Shown: piece by piece, positions 34,344-45,674 of the stretch
How positions within the stretch are numbered: the stretch's first letter is position 1
Layout of the letters: every line of letters begins with the position of its first letter
Source: a virus
Lineage: Duplodnaviria > Caudoviricetes
Virus record (IMG/VR): IMGVR_UViG_3300028832_000146
Location: 440 to 64,439 of that record
Length of the DNA: 64,000 nt
Reading direction: 5' to 3' (one strand)
Translations under genes and position numbers: made by a program
Notes under the pieces: generated by a model
What the model saw: only the letters and a program-made list of their open reading frames with translations
Told to the model about the DNA's origin: nothing
The model's database searches: none

Positions 34344-35276
34344 ATGAAAAATTTAATATTCGACTTTTTACAATATGCAAAAGACATATATTATAGAACA
34401 AATGATGTTTTGAATCATTACAAATATGATCTATTAAATATGCACCAATATATATTATATAAAAAATGAGAATTCCAAATAAACGTTGAAAATATAACAA
34501 TGCAAGATTGCGTTTCATGGATTGAAACATACAAGGAAAATAGAAAAGTTTCAAGAAATACGATAGCATGAAAAGCAAATTCATTGCGTCAATTCTTCAA
34601 ATATTGTGCAACAATGGGTTATAAATTACAATTCAACGTGGAACAATTGCCAATAATAAAAAAAGAAAGGAAACCATACGATATGATGAATAAAGACGAA
34701 TACGAAATATTTTTAAAAGCACCAACGCTTTATGAAGAAATCCCAATAATTGCACAAAGGAACGAATTATTAATTGAAATACCATATAAAACATGATTAC
34801 GCCGTGCGGAAATATTACGTTGTAAATTCGAGCATTTTCATTCATGAAACAGACAATTCCAAATATTGTGAAAAGGTGGATATTATGATCGAGTGTTTTT
34901 TACTCCGGAATTATGAGAAAAAGTTTTACAATACGAAGCCAATTTAAAAGAATACACCAAAAAAAGACCGATAAAATCGGACTTTCTTTTTATTGGTTTG
35001 GACAATAAGAACCGATGAAGACAGCTTGCACCAAAATATATAAACCTTGTATTTAACAAATATTCGGAAAAATTAATTGAAGAATGAAAATTGAAAAGAA
35101 GATTACACCCGCACATGGAACGCCACGCATTCGCCACAAATTGCGTTTATGCATGATTGAGCCAACAAGCAACAACACGTTTAATGAGACACCGTGATCC
35201 AAAAACCACAGAATGATATTACCATATGAATGATACTTGGTTGAAATCACAATTTGATATGATAACACACACATAA
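34344..35276 (+). CDS. Tyrosine recombinase
   Basis: Same catalytic motifs as 3026-3952. Confidence 0.9.
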
Positions 35277-35625
35277 AAATTAAAATGTAAAGCGAATCAA
35301 ACATTTTAAGATTTTCGTAACATGCGAAAACCATAATTAAAAACAAGGTTTTCAATACCTTGTAATTTTCTCGTAAAAAAAGTGCCAAAAAATTTGCATT
35401 TTAAAAATTTTTGTATATAATAGACTTTGTTAAACAAGATACACATTTGCGAAATTTCTTATTCTTGTTATTCAATAACACTTATACATTCAATATGGTG
35501 AGTGTGGGGAAACAAGCCAACAGAAATAAAGCAATGTGTATACAGCCACATTGCTTTTTCATAATTACTTATGCATAAGGTTCTACAAGTGAAAAGCAAG
35601 GCGATTGTTTAACAAAGGAAACAGA

Positions 35626-35702
35626 GCTTGCGGATCACGAAAGCGACCATATGAGTCAACTGGGCGACCGCAAGCGTTTCAGTTGATTCATATGGTTGTT
35701 TT
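35626..35702 (+). ncRNA. Structured leader RNA, B copy
   Basis: Stem 35640-62/35680-702; loop CCGCAAGC pairs with GCTTGCGG at 35626-33. Confidence 0.7.
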
Positions 35703-35770
35703 AATTTGTGAAAATTCACATGTGAATCAACATTACTACACACCATTTTATTTTCAGAAACAAGGACACC

Positions 35771-36496
35771 ATGAATGATGAATTAGAGAGAATTACAATT
35801 TTCAATTCTTATGTAAGAAGCATTGACCAGCTTGCAAGATGAGATATGCAACTTGCACAAGAGCTTTCTTATTGGATCATTCAGTATTGAATTAAAGGGA
35901 TTGAACCGCCGGCAGATTCAAACCCATTCATGTTGAGTGTGTTCGAGCAAATCAAAGAACCATTAACAGCATGAAGAATGAAATCAAAGAATGCGAAAAA
36001 AGAAATCAAAGAAGAAACGGAAAAAGAAAACAAAAAATCAAAACAAAATCAAAATGAAATCAAAACGAAATCAAATGAAAATCAAACCGTGAGAAAAGAT
36101 AAAAGAGAAAAGATAAAAGAAAAAGAAAATAATATTTTATCTTCTATCGAAGATAAAAGTACAAGCACGGTTGAATATGGAAACGAAGAAGTGAACGAAT
36201 GTTTGAATTTAATTAAATCGTATAACAACGGAATATGTAATTGAACGGTTAAAAAATCAAGACAATATGCAACGCTTTTAATTGCGAAAATTAAGAAAAT
36301 CGACGGCGTGCAAAATTGAACAATTAAACGGCAAGAAGTTTTAAAAATGATATTGGAAGTTTGAAAAAACGACGAATACCACAGCACAAAAACAACATCG
36401 CCGGAATTAATATTTTACAACCTTGCAACATTAATGGAAGTATGCAGAAAGCAATTTAAAAAACAGCAAGGACAAAAAGTTTTTACCGCTTTATAA
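35771..36496 (+). CDS. Putative replication initiator
   Basis: Homolog of 4499-5254. Confidence 0.6.
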
Positions 36497-36505
36497 ACAA
36501 GGAAA

Positions 36506-36835
36506 ATGGAAAATTCAATAAAACTTTACAAAGAGCTTTCATACATTGAAACATTTGACGGCGAAGTAATCGCATTAACCGAAGACTTTGGAGCGGTTGC
36601 GGAAGAATTAAACAACGACAAAAGGTTCTTGAATGTATGAAATCAGATGATCGCCAAGAGTTCAATTAAACGTGCATTTGTAAAACAAACGGACGAAATC
36701 GACAATGCATTATTGCAGATTGCGGATAAAAATTTACGTGCAAGAATGCAAGCGGAAGTGGACGAACGCAGAAAATCTTGAAGCCGTTTAAACATGGAAA
36801 TTTACAAAAACATTTTAGATCGTTTATCAAAGTAA
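36506..36835 (+). CDS. Conserved hypothetical protein
   Basis: Homolog of 5218. Confidence 0.75.
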
Positions 36836-36837
36836 AC

Positions 36838-37014
36838 ATGAGCAAAGAAGAAATTGAAGCAATAGAAAGCAAGCCAGCATTCCATTTGTTTATAAGGCGT
36901 GTTGGTTGCAAAAACTTTGCAGATTATATGGATTTATTCCGTGAAGATTGGGAAAAAAGACAAACAGCTTGCGAGTGGTTTATTGAAACATACCCAAACC
37001 AAGCAAAAAATTAA
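36838..37014 (+). CDS. Conserved hypothetical protein
   Basis: Homolog of 5568. Confidence 0.75.
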   Translation: MSKEEIEAIESKPAFHLFIRRVGCKNFADYMDLFREDWEKRQTACEWFIETYPNQAKN

Positions 37015-37038
37015 TTTATTATTTAAACAATTATTCAA

Positions 37039-37644
37039 ATGTCAGAAAAAACAACAAACGTATATTCAAAAATTCAAGCCGTAAAATCAGAATTATTGGC
37101 GATGAATTTAAAGAAAAGTGGAGAAAATAAATATGCATGATTCAAATATTACGAATTAGCAGATATTCTCCCAGCAATTATTGATTTATGCACAAAGTAT
37201 GGATTATTTACACGCATTTCATTTGACAATGAGCATGCAACATTGGAAATTTCAAACGTTGAAAATTCCGAAGAATCAGTGTTTTATACATCACCAATGC
37301 GTGAGCTTGAATTAAAGGGTTGCAATCAGATTCAAGCATTGGGTGGGGTTGAAACATACCAAAGGAGATATTTATATTTAAATGCATTTGATTTGGTTGA
37401 AAACGACACATTCGACGCGGTTTCATGAGACGAAACAAAAGCCGAGAAAAAGCCAGCAACAGCAACAGCCAGTATGCAACCAACAGCACGATTCAACGAC
37501 AAAGAATTGGAACAATTAAAAGCAAATGTTGAATGGTTGCAAAGTTTCAAAACGAGCGACGAATTAATCAAATCAATTTCAACGAAATATAAGATTTCAA
37601 AGGACATGAAAATAAAAATTGCGGAAGTTCGAGCAAATGTTTAA
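37039..37644 (+). CDS. erf: ERF-family ssDNA-annealing protein
   Basis: GCNQIQALGGVETYQRRYLY. Confidence 0.85.
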
Positions 37645-37663
37645 TTCTTAACCAAAACAAGGA

Positions 37664-38119
37664 ATGAATGAAGAAATAAAAGAATTCGATGTTTGAGAAT
37701 TATTACAAATTCAAGAACAAAACGGAAAAGCCGTTGATGAATTAATTGCAAGACATGAGAAATTTAAAGCAAAGGGGTTGCAATTAACGGATCAAGATAT
37801 GTTTGACCGAATAAGGTTATGGGAAGAAATGAAAGACAAAATAACGGAATTGAAAAGCACATATTATGAAGAAAAACAAGAAATGGATAAAGACAAAGGA
37901 ATTAGACTTGTTGAATTAAAAGCAATGTTGGACGAAAAAGGAAAAAAACAACATACGGATTCAACAGCGGACGCAGTTATTCGCCAAGAATTCAGACAAA
38001 GGGAAAATGAGATTTCAATTCACAAATTACAAGCCGAGTTGTTAAATAACAAAGCGGAAACGGTGCAAGAATATATAAACATCGTAAAAATACACATGAA
38101 AAAAGATTTTAGCATTTAA
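37664..38119 (+). CDS. Conserved coiled-coil protein
   Basis: Homolog of 6401. Confidence 0.75.
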
Positions 38120-38130
38120 TACAAACAAAA

Positions 38131-38355
38131 ATGATAACATACACAAAAAACAAAATTATTTCCGATAATAGCGGAAAAACAAGGAGTGTGGAAATTGATG
38201 AAATATTATGATCTGTAAAAAGCAAAAGTTGGTTTATAGCAAGAATGAGAATCGCTTTATTGCTTTCAAAAAAATTGGAGCTTGAAGGAAAAGACGCTTT
38301 AATGGTTGCAAGTTCCATGCGTGCAGATTATGAAACTTTTTATTCTTTAATTTAA
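38131..38355 (+). CDS. Conserved hypothetical protein
   Basis: Homolog of 6872. Confidence 0.75.
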
Positions 38356-38358
38356 CAC

Positions 38359-39123
38359 ATGACAAATCAAAACTACAAGAATTTAATTAAATATGCAATT
38401 GCGTTTATAGTGGTAATTTTATTATGAGTATTGGTGGTTGTATACGCAAGCAACAAACAAGAGCCAATCCAAAAAATATTAAATCAGATTTCAGAAAATG
38501 AAAACCAATTACAATTATTGGAAGAAAAACAAGCGGAATTAAACAAAGCAAATGATGAAGCAAAAGCAAAATTATTGAATGAATATGGTTTACAATTAAC
38601 AAATTCGGAAATTCCGAATAATGAAGAATGGACACCATGACAATTAAACGAAAGCGGAGACGCACAGCAAATGCCAGTTATTGAATCAACAACGGAACAT
38701 GAAAGGTTTAAAGAATTAGCAAATGCATATGGTTTGAATCCGTCAACCATATGGGAAGTTGAAAACCATTATTGAATCAAGGAAGGTGTTATTTTATGCA
38801 TAACGGTTGCGGAAACAAGCGGTTGAAATCGTGGTTACGGTTGAAAAAACATCGGAAGTGTTGGAAGTAACGACAGATGAGACCGCCCAACATATGCATT
38901 AATGGAAGCTTGACTTGAAGCAATTGGAAAAACATTGAATAACCAATATTTGGGAAGCAAAAAAACTCTTGGTTGTTTATCAAATGCCGGAAGTTGTAAA
39001 GAAAATAACGACAACGGTAAAAGATACGCAACAAGTGAATCAAGCCGAGAAAAAAACATGGTTGCATGTTTGAGCACAATTTATTGATCTATTAATGCCA
39101 GCGACTTTGGTATTAGAAGATAA
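38359..39123 (+). CDS. Membrane-anchored lysozyme-fold protein
   Basis: Homolog of 7101. Confidence 0.55.
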
Positions 39124-39148
39124 CCTTTTATATTGTTATTTCAGAAAC

Positions 39149-39565
39149 ATGGAAACACCAAAAAATCAAGGGGGGGGGGACGAATTAAACGAATTCACAG
39201 TAAACCCAACGTTTTTATTACAAGACATGCCAGTGGATTTCTTCGATTTCCAATTCATAATGAATGCAGATTGAACATTGAAGGAAACAAGGTTTAATGA
39301 CCAAGTTCTTGATCCAGCAATTTGAAGCAGTTTATTCATTATTAAAGAGAAATATTTCAAGAAAATTAAACAGCATAAAATGGATAAAAAGAAACTTGAA
39401 AGCCACAAAGAAGAAAAACAAAGAATGATTGACGCATGGAAACAAAAAGAGCACAATTATCAAGGACATATAAGGTATACAGAAAAAGCATGCGGTGAGC
39501 AAAAACGTTTATTATTAGCAATTGGAATGATTGCACACAATACAAAGAAAAGCCAAGAAATTTAA
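39149..39565 (+). CDS. Conserved hypothetical protein with G10 tract
   Basis: G39170-39179 in frame; homolog of 7950. Confidence 0.8.
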
Positions 39566-39592
39566 ACCATTTATTCTTTAACAAAAAATAAC

Positions 39593-40144
39593 ATGTTTGA
39601 ACGAATTAAAAGCTTCTTCATGAGAAGAAAAATTGACAAAGCGGTGGTTGAATCTTTAAAGGAACAAAACCAAAGCTTGAAAAACAGAATTGATATTTTG
39701 GAAAACAACACACCAAAGAAACGTTGCCCAAAATGTAAACAATACAAGTTATATTCAGATTTCAACAAGAACAAAACCAAAAAAGACGGTTTACAAACAG
39801 AATGTAAAGATTGCCACAGATTAATGTTAAAAAGGAACAATCCAAACCGCTTTACACCGGACAGAAAAGAATTTTACGGGTGATATTTAATAACAAATGA
39901 AAGATATATCAGCTATGAAATAAACAACACCGTTTACACAATAATTGATATATTCAGATTCAATTATTTATGCAACCATTATTGAAAAGATATGGTTCGG
40001 GGAAAAGTAATGCAATTAATTAAATGGTTGAATAAAAACAATATGCGACATACAGACGAAGATTATTTTTACAGATTAAGAGCATGGTTGAATAAACAAC
40101 AAATCATGGATAACGAAAAACAAGGGAAAACTTTATTTCAATAA
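39593..40144 (+). CDS. Zinc-finger protein
   Basis: CPKCKQYK..DGLQTECKDC. Confidence 0.7.
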
Positions 40145-40147
40145 CAC

Positions 40148-40519
40148 TTGCAAATGAAATATATGCAATTTTACAGAGAACACCAAGACATAAACCAAGG
40201 AATTTCATATAATGCATTTGTTTCAAGGGTAAATTGTGGACGAGATCCATTTGAAGCGATTCAAACGCCAGCGAATAAATACAAAACAAAAAGAATATAC
40301 GAACCAAAAAGAGAAATAAAACAGCCAGCAAGAACAGTAATTGACATAAAATACAGCCGAGAAGAAGCAATTGTTTTTGCCAGTGCGTATGAAGATTTGA
40401 TTAAAGACTTGCAAGCCAAATATGATGAATGCGAAGAACCGCAAGAAGCAAATGAAATATTGGAAAAGAAGCGTCAAGTTGAAAAGGAATATGAAATATT
40501 TTTAGATCATAATATTTAA
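40148..40519 (+). CDS. Conserved hypothetical protein
   Basis: Homolog of 8970; TTG start uncertain. Confidence 0.6.
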   Translation: MQMKYMQFYREHQDINQGISYNAFVSRVNCGRDPFEAIQTPANKYKTKRIYEPKREIKQPARTVIDIKYSREEAIVFASAYEDLIKDLQAKYDECEEPQEANEILEKKRQVEKEYEIFLDHNI

Positions 40520-40525
40520 CAAAAA

Positions 40526-40786
40526 ATGAAACCGGAAGACACAAAAAGGTTTTTGGAGCAAGAATTAATGCACCGCAGATTTCAAGATAATATTGGAAAT
40601 AAAGAAAAGCAAATGGAACGTGAAATTATGATGTTAAAAAAAGAAAATTCAGAATTAAAAGACGGAATAAAGCAATTTTCAAACGGATTCAATATACTTG
40701 CAAGAAAATTCAAAGAAGTAAACAAAGAAAACGAAATGTTGAAGAAAAAGAAGTTTACAGAAACCATTTATATAAATCAAAATTAA
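40526..40786 (+). CDS. Coiled-coil hypothetical protein
   Basis: Homolog of 9367. Confidence 0.7.
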   Translation: MKPEDTKRFLEQELMHRRFQDNIGNKEKQMEREIMMLKKENSELKDGIKQFSNGFNILARKFKEVNKENEMLKKKKFTETIYINQN

Positions 40787-40791
40787 AAAAT

Positions 40792-41010
40792 ATGGTAAAA
40801 ATTCAAGTTTATGAAGATTGATCTCGATGTTTAGAGACATCAAGTTGAGCTTTAATTTCAAATACGTCTTTGGTTGACGGGTTCAAAACATTATGCACCG
40901 ACACAGATTTTGAAAGGGTTATGTATTTATTGCAAGAATGATATTCAAAAGAAGACGCAAAAGAAATTTTAGATCGATATAAGAACAATTACAAGGAGTT
41001 TATTATTTAA
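40792..41010 (+). CDS. Hypothetical protein, unit B only
   Basis: 72-aa ORF under the recoded table. Confidence 0.6.
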
Positions 41011-41020
41011 TAAAGAAAAC

Positions 41021-41410
41021 ATGAAAAAACGGATACGAATTCCAATTGGAATTATATTACGATATATCTTTATGATAGCGTTTTGTAAACGATACGAAGA
41101 TACACACCGAAAATGAAAACAAGCAATGTGCGACATTTGAGTTGGTGATCCAATGCGTGGTTTGGTGGTTGCGGAAAATAAAGACATGATTTACATTAAA
41201 GGACAATTCCAATGTTTAATGTATTGTTTGGATAATCCACGGGTTGAATATACGGAAGAAGAAATAAAAGAAATGAATATTACGCATAAATACGAAGAAC
41301 GATACGACGGCGACGATGTAAAATTTAAATCGGAATGTTACAGAGTTTGAAACAATGAAGATAAAATGGAAGCAATTATAAATTGGTATGGTTGGGAACA
41401 TGAAGAATAA
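41021..41410 (+). CDS. Membrane-anchored protein, unit B only
   Basis: MKKWIWIPIGIILWYIFMIAFC is a clean TM segment only with CGA/CGG=Trp. Confidence 0.7.
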
Positions 41411-41435
41411 CTTTTTATTTCAATAAAATTAAAAA

Positions 41436-42047
41436 ATGTTTAACGAAAAAATTTTAAAAGTTGCGAAAAGAATTTTAGACAAAAAGAATCTTAAATGGAT
41501 AACTGGAAGTATGCATTATAATATTGAAAAGAATTTATTATCAATAACAGATTCTTTTATTTTGGCGGAAATACAAATGCCAGAAAAATATAAAGAAATG
41601 TTTAAAGATTTGGGGGTAAATGAAGTAATAATTGATTATTACACGGCTTGTTGATTGCTCGGTATGATTGAAAACGCCGACGCATTACGAGAGTTTTCAA
41701 CAATATCATTATGAAATGCGACAGTTCAAGATTATATTGAATACGAATATATCGATTTAAAAAGCAATAGACATTGAATTAAAGTAAGATTGCCAATAAT
41801 TGAGGCAGATAAAATGCCAGCATATAAAGAAGAAAGCTTGTTTTGAACATGAGAAGATTCAACAAAACAGATCGCAATTACACGCAGTTTTGAAAAATTT
41901 CAAGATGTATGTAATTTATTGTGTGATTCAGACATGCCAGTAATAAAGGTTTGGGATCAGACATATATCGCGGAATGAAAATTTGAATATATGATGAGCG
42001 AAGATTTATCAATAAAAATATGTGTAAGAAGGGTAAAAGATTTATAA
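41436..42047 (+). CDS. Hypothetical protein, weakly sliding-clamp-like, unit B only
   Basis: 203 aa; SITDSFILAEI recalls the beta-clamp ATD motif. Function weakly supported. Confidence 0.35.
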
Positions 42048-42063
42048 TTTAAAGTATTAAACC

Positions 42064-42429
42064 ATGCCAAAAAAAGCATATCCAAAAGATTTAACAATAA
42101 AAAGCAACAATCCGCAATGGAGAAAATTTGTTGATTATTACAATCAACGGCGGGAAGAAAAGTTTAAAGAAAAATGATATTTTAAATACACAATGCGTTT
42201 TGATGATGTGCATATTATATCAAAGAAAATGTGATTCATAAAACGATTGTGTGACAATGATAAAATCACACGAACGGAAGTTTGGAGTTTATGAAAAACA
42301 ATGCCAACATATTGATATACAACATCACCATATACAACATGCAAAAGTATAAAGTTGGAAAACACAATCATAATGATTTTATCAATACAAGAAAATCCAA
42401 TCAGTTTTATTTTATGAATTTTGGAATAA
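42064..42429 (+). CDS. Highly conserved hypothetical protein
   Basis: Homolog of 10813. Confidence 0.8.
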
Positions 42430-42803
42430 TGGAATACTTAGTAAACTTGTTAAATGAATATGAAATACAATCCAATCTTATTTTAAAAATATGGAAATAT
42501 GAAGGGACGTTGTATTATTCAAATTATAAAGATGAAAACGTTTTTGATAATGTTTATTTTGAAGTTATATCAAAGAATTATTGATTTATTAATTGGCTTG
42601 TAAAATGCGACAAAGTAAATCTCGATAAATTAAAAGAAGATACGCAATTTACCATGATTATGCATGTTGCTTGATTTGGTTATACGTGGGATACAGCGAA
42701 GGAATGAGAAGATATTTTAAAGGAAATATGAGCAAATGCGTTGGTTATGAAATTATCAATTCAAAATAAACCAATAGAATATTTACTTTCTATATTAAAA
42801 TAA
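42429..42803 (+). CDS. Hypothetical protein, unit B only
   Basis: TAATG-coupled ORF, 124 aa. Confidence 0.6.
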
Positions 42804-42961
42804 TGCAAAGATCAGAAATTATTGAAGATTACGTAAACGAAAAAATGGACAAATTGGAAGGTAACAAAAAAGAAAAATTTGAAGGTTGCCGGTGATGTTT
42901 GGAGTTCCTATTGGATATTTTAGCAATATGTGCGGTATTAAAACTTCTTTTCTTCATGTAA
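42803..42961 (+). CDS. Small protein with C-terminal TM segment, unit B only
   Basis: TAATG-coupled ORF, 52 aa. Confidence 0.55.
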
Positions 42962-43128
42962 AAGAAAGCCAAAAATTTTAACATGAAATAATGAATATGT
43001 TAAAAAATTTAACATGAAAAGAAAAAATAAGATTTTGAAAACAGCAAGGATTTAATTATATTATTTGTATGCATAAGTAATTAAATTCTTGTAGAACCTT
43101 TGATTTATATTCAAAGGTGTTTTCATTT

Positions 43129-43578
43129 ATGCTAAAAAAAGCCAAAAAACCAAAAATTGATAAAAAAAAATTGAATGATGAAAATGTGGAAATTGCCAAA
43201 TTAATTGCAAAGGTAAGGGATAAATACACATGCCAGCATTGTGGAAAAACAGCCAAAGAAACAGCAATTCATGCAAGCCACATAATAAATGAAGCAAGAG
43301 ATCATAGACTTGCCAGCGATCCGGAAAACATAAAAGCGTTATGTTATAATTGCCACATAAATTGGCGACATAAAAGCCCGATTGAAGCAAGCGAATGGTT
43401 TAATAAAAAGCGACCATGAAGATATGATAAATTGCAAGAAAAACACGTTGAATATATGGGTAAATGAAGCATTGACGTAATACGAATAATTGAAAGGAAT
43501 AAATGGTTAAGGGAAATTTGCGAAGAAATGAAAATTGATATTTCAAAATTCAAGTATGGTGCAAAAATTGATTTATAA
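43129..43578 (+). CDS. ninG: NinG/Rap-like HNH nuclease
   Basis: Homolog of 11288; TGG CGA = WW. Confidence 0.75.
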
Positions 43579-43594
43579 TTAAACAAGGGAAACA

Positions 43595-44212
43595 ATGGAA
43601 ATAATAAATAAAAAAATCGATGAATTAATACCGTATGAATACAACAATAAAAAACATGATGAAACGCAAGTAAACAGAATCGCAAATTCAATAAAGGAAT
43701 TTGGATTTACGCAACCGGTGGTAATTGATAAAAATAACGTGGTAATTATTGGACACGGAAGATTGGAAGCGAGCAAAAAATTATGATTAAAAGAAATTCC
43801 ATGTGTAAAAATGGAAGATTTAACGGAAATACAAGTAAAGAAATTAAGAATATTGGATAATAAATTGAATGAATCAGAATGGGATTTGGAAAACTTGCAA
43901 TACGATTTGGCGACAATTCCGGATTTCAATATTGGGGAATTGGAAATAAATGTTGATGATCTATTCGATGATTTGTTTCCAGTTGATCCGGACGAATTGG
44001 ACGATAACTTTTCATTGCCAAGCGGAGAAAAAGCACCATTTGGACAAATAACGTTTACGCTTGCCGACGAACAGAAAAAAGAAATTGAAGAAGCAATAAA
44101 GAAGGTAAAGGAAACAGATTTGTATAAAAGCCAAATGAATTATGGAAACGAAAACAGCAATTGAAACGCTTTATATTGTATTGTGAGCCAATGGATAGCG
44201 TTAAATCAATAA
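43595..44212 (+). CDS. ParB-like nuclease (ParBc) domain protein, unit B only
   Basis: IPYEYNNKKH..SIKEFGFTQPVVID..IIGHGRLEA..LRILDNKLNE. Confidence 0.85.
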
Positions 44213-44857
44213 TTGTAAAAGTGATTCCAAGTAAAATTGCAAATGAATTCGTAAAAAAGCACCATTATTCATGAAAGGTTGTGCCAAATTCACAGTTGCA
44301 TTTCGGGTGCTTTTTAAACTGAATCTTGGGGGGGGGTTCTCTCTTATTGACCAAGCACAGATAAAAGCAAATTAATTGGGTTGGTGGAGTGAACCGAACG
44401 AAACGAATTTATCGAATTAAACCGCATGGCTTTCAGTGATGTGTTGCCAAGAAATAGCGAATCAAGGTGCATTGCAATAACAATAAGAATGATAAAAAAG
44501 CAAGCACCACAAATAAAACGAATAATAAGCTTTGCGGACGGTTGCCAATGTGGAGATTGAACAATATATCGTGCAAGTGGGTTTGAATTAACACAAATAA
44601 ACCAAAACAGATGATTAAGGGTTGATGAAAATGGTAAAGTTTACAGCCAAGTAACATTCTCCGCACATAAACCAAACGAAATGGATAAATTCAGAAAAAT
44701 GGAAAAAATTGACGGCTTCATGTTGAGATATATAAAATTATTAAAACCAAACTTAAAAAGAAATTATGAAATAATCCCATATTCAGAAATAGACAATTAT
44801 GGTGCGTGAATGTATAAAGGGGAAAAGGTAACAAGAAAAGAAAGACACACAAAATAA
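44191..44857 (+). pseudogene. mom: Mom-like adenine-modification enzyme, frameshifted at a G9 tract (G8 restores a 221-aa ORF)
   Basis: FVKKHHYSGKVV..HFGCF / GVLSYG..IELNRMAFSD..PRNSESR..KWIISFADG.QCGDGTIYRASGF; ATG-to-TAA span is 667 nt (3n+1). Confidence 0.8.
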
Positions 44858-44873
44858 AAAAAGTGTGTGTTAT

Positions 44874-44947
44874 GCGTGCGTGGTGTAATGGTTGCATGTT
44901 CACATTCCAGTGGAAGGAGAAAGTTCAAATCTTATCCGCACGCTCCA
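44874..44947 (+). tRNA. Atypical tRNA-Gly(TCC)-like gene directly after the Mom-like gene
   Basis: Acceptor GCGTGCG/CGCACGC, U73, encoded CCA, TTCAAAT T-loop, TCC at 44906-8; imperfect anticodon and T stems. Confidence 0.75.
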
Positions 44948-44973
44948 TTTAATAATTTAATTCAAAAAGAAAC

Positions 44974-45195
44974 ATGGACAAACAGCAAATGGAAAAAGAA
45001 ATTAAAAGGTTGAATAAATTGGTGTGCCAACAAGAAATTGAATATCACCAATTATTGAGAACCGCAAAAAGAGTTGAGAAAAATTACGAAAATTTGGAAT
45101 GGATCGTAAAGGTTGCAATAAACATGGCGTATGATAAAGACGAAAACGAAGCAATCGATTTCTTAACCAAACAATTTACAAGACATAAAATTTAA
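44974..45195 (+). CDS. Coiled-coil hypothetical protein, unit B only
   Basis: 73-aa ORF between the tRNA and TerS. Confidence 0.65.
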   Translation: MDKQQMEKEIKRLNKLVCQQEIEYHQLLRTAKRVEKNYENLEWIVKVAINMAYDKDENEAIDFLTKQFTRHKI

Positions 45196-45215
45196 TTGGT
45201 AACGCATAAATAAAA

Positions 45216-45674
45216 ATGCCAAAGCAAAAGCGAGATTGGAACAAGGTAAAATTGGAGTTTATTCAATCAGATTTCGACGAAGTGAAACAATTTATGCAAG
45301 ATAAATACAATATTTATAATTGAGAAATTGCAAAAAATACAAAGGGGCGGACAAAAGACAAAGTGGAACGGAAGAAAAAGATATTGGAAAAGGCGTTGGA
45401 GAAAAGTGCGAAAAAACAAGCGGATTCGTTGGAATTAACAATTGAATTCTTGAAGAAAGCAAAAAAGAACGCATTAATTAAAATTGCAAAACAAATAACA
45501 ACAAATGATTTAATGAGCGTAAAGGATTTGGTAAGGTGATTGTGAACAATAAAAACGGAATTGTGAGAACCAACGAAAATTACGAAAAATGAAAACATGA
45601 ATAAAGAAGAAAATGTGAGTTTAACGGACGAAGAATTGGAAGCTTTAAAAATTATATTAAAGAAAAACAAATAA
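45216..45674 (+). CDS. terS: Terminase small subunit (putative)
   Basis: Abuts TerL; homolog of 11751. Confidence 0.65.

Noticed and set aside
42972-43020. dif/XerD-like site
   Set aside because: TATGTTAAA resembles a XerD arm, but spacing is 12 bp, there is no XerC arm, and it is absent from unit A.
43595-44212. ParB as a plasmid partition system
   Set aside because: No ParA and no HTH/parS seen; it overlaps the Mom-like gene, a modification-cassette context.
44874-44947. tRNA read as Trp(CCA) or as a decoder of the reassigned codons
   Set aside because: The CCA register leaves almost no anticodon stem, the acceptor identity is Gly, and the anticodon is neither TCA nor TCG.
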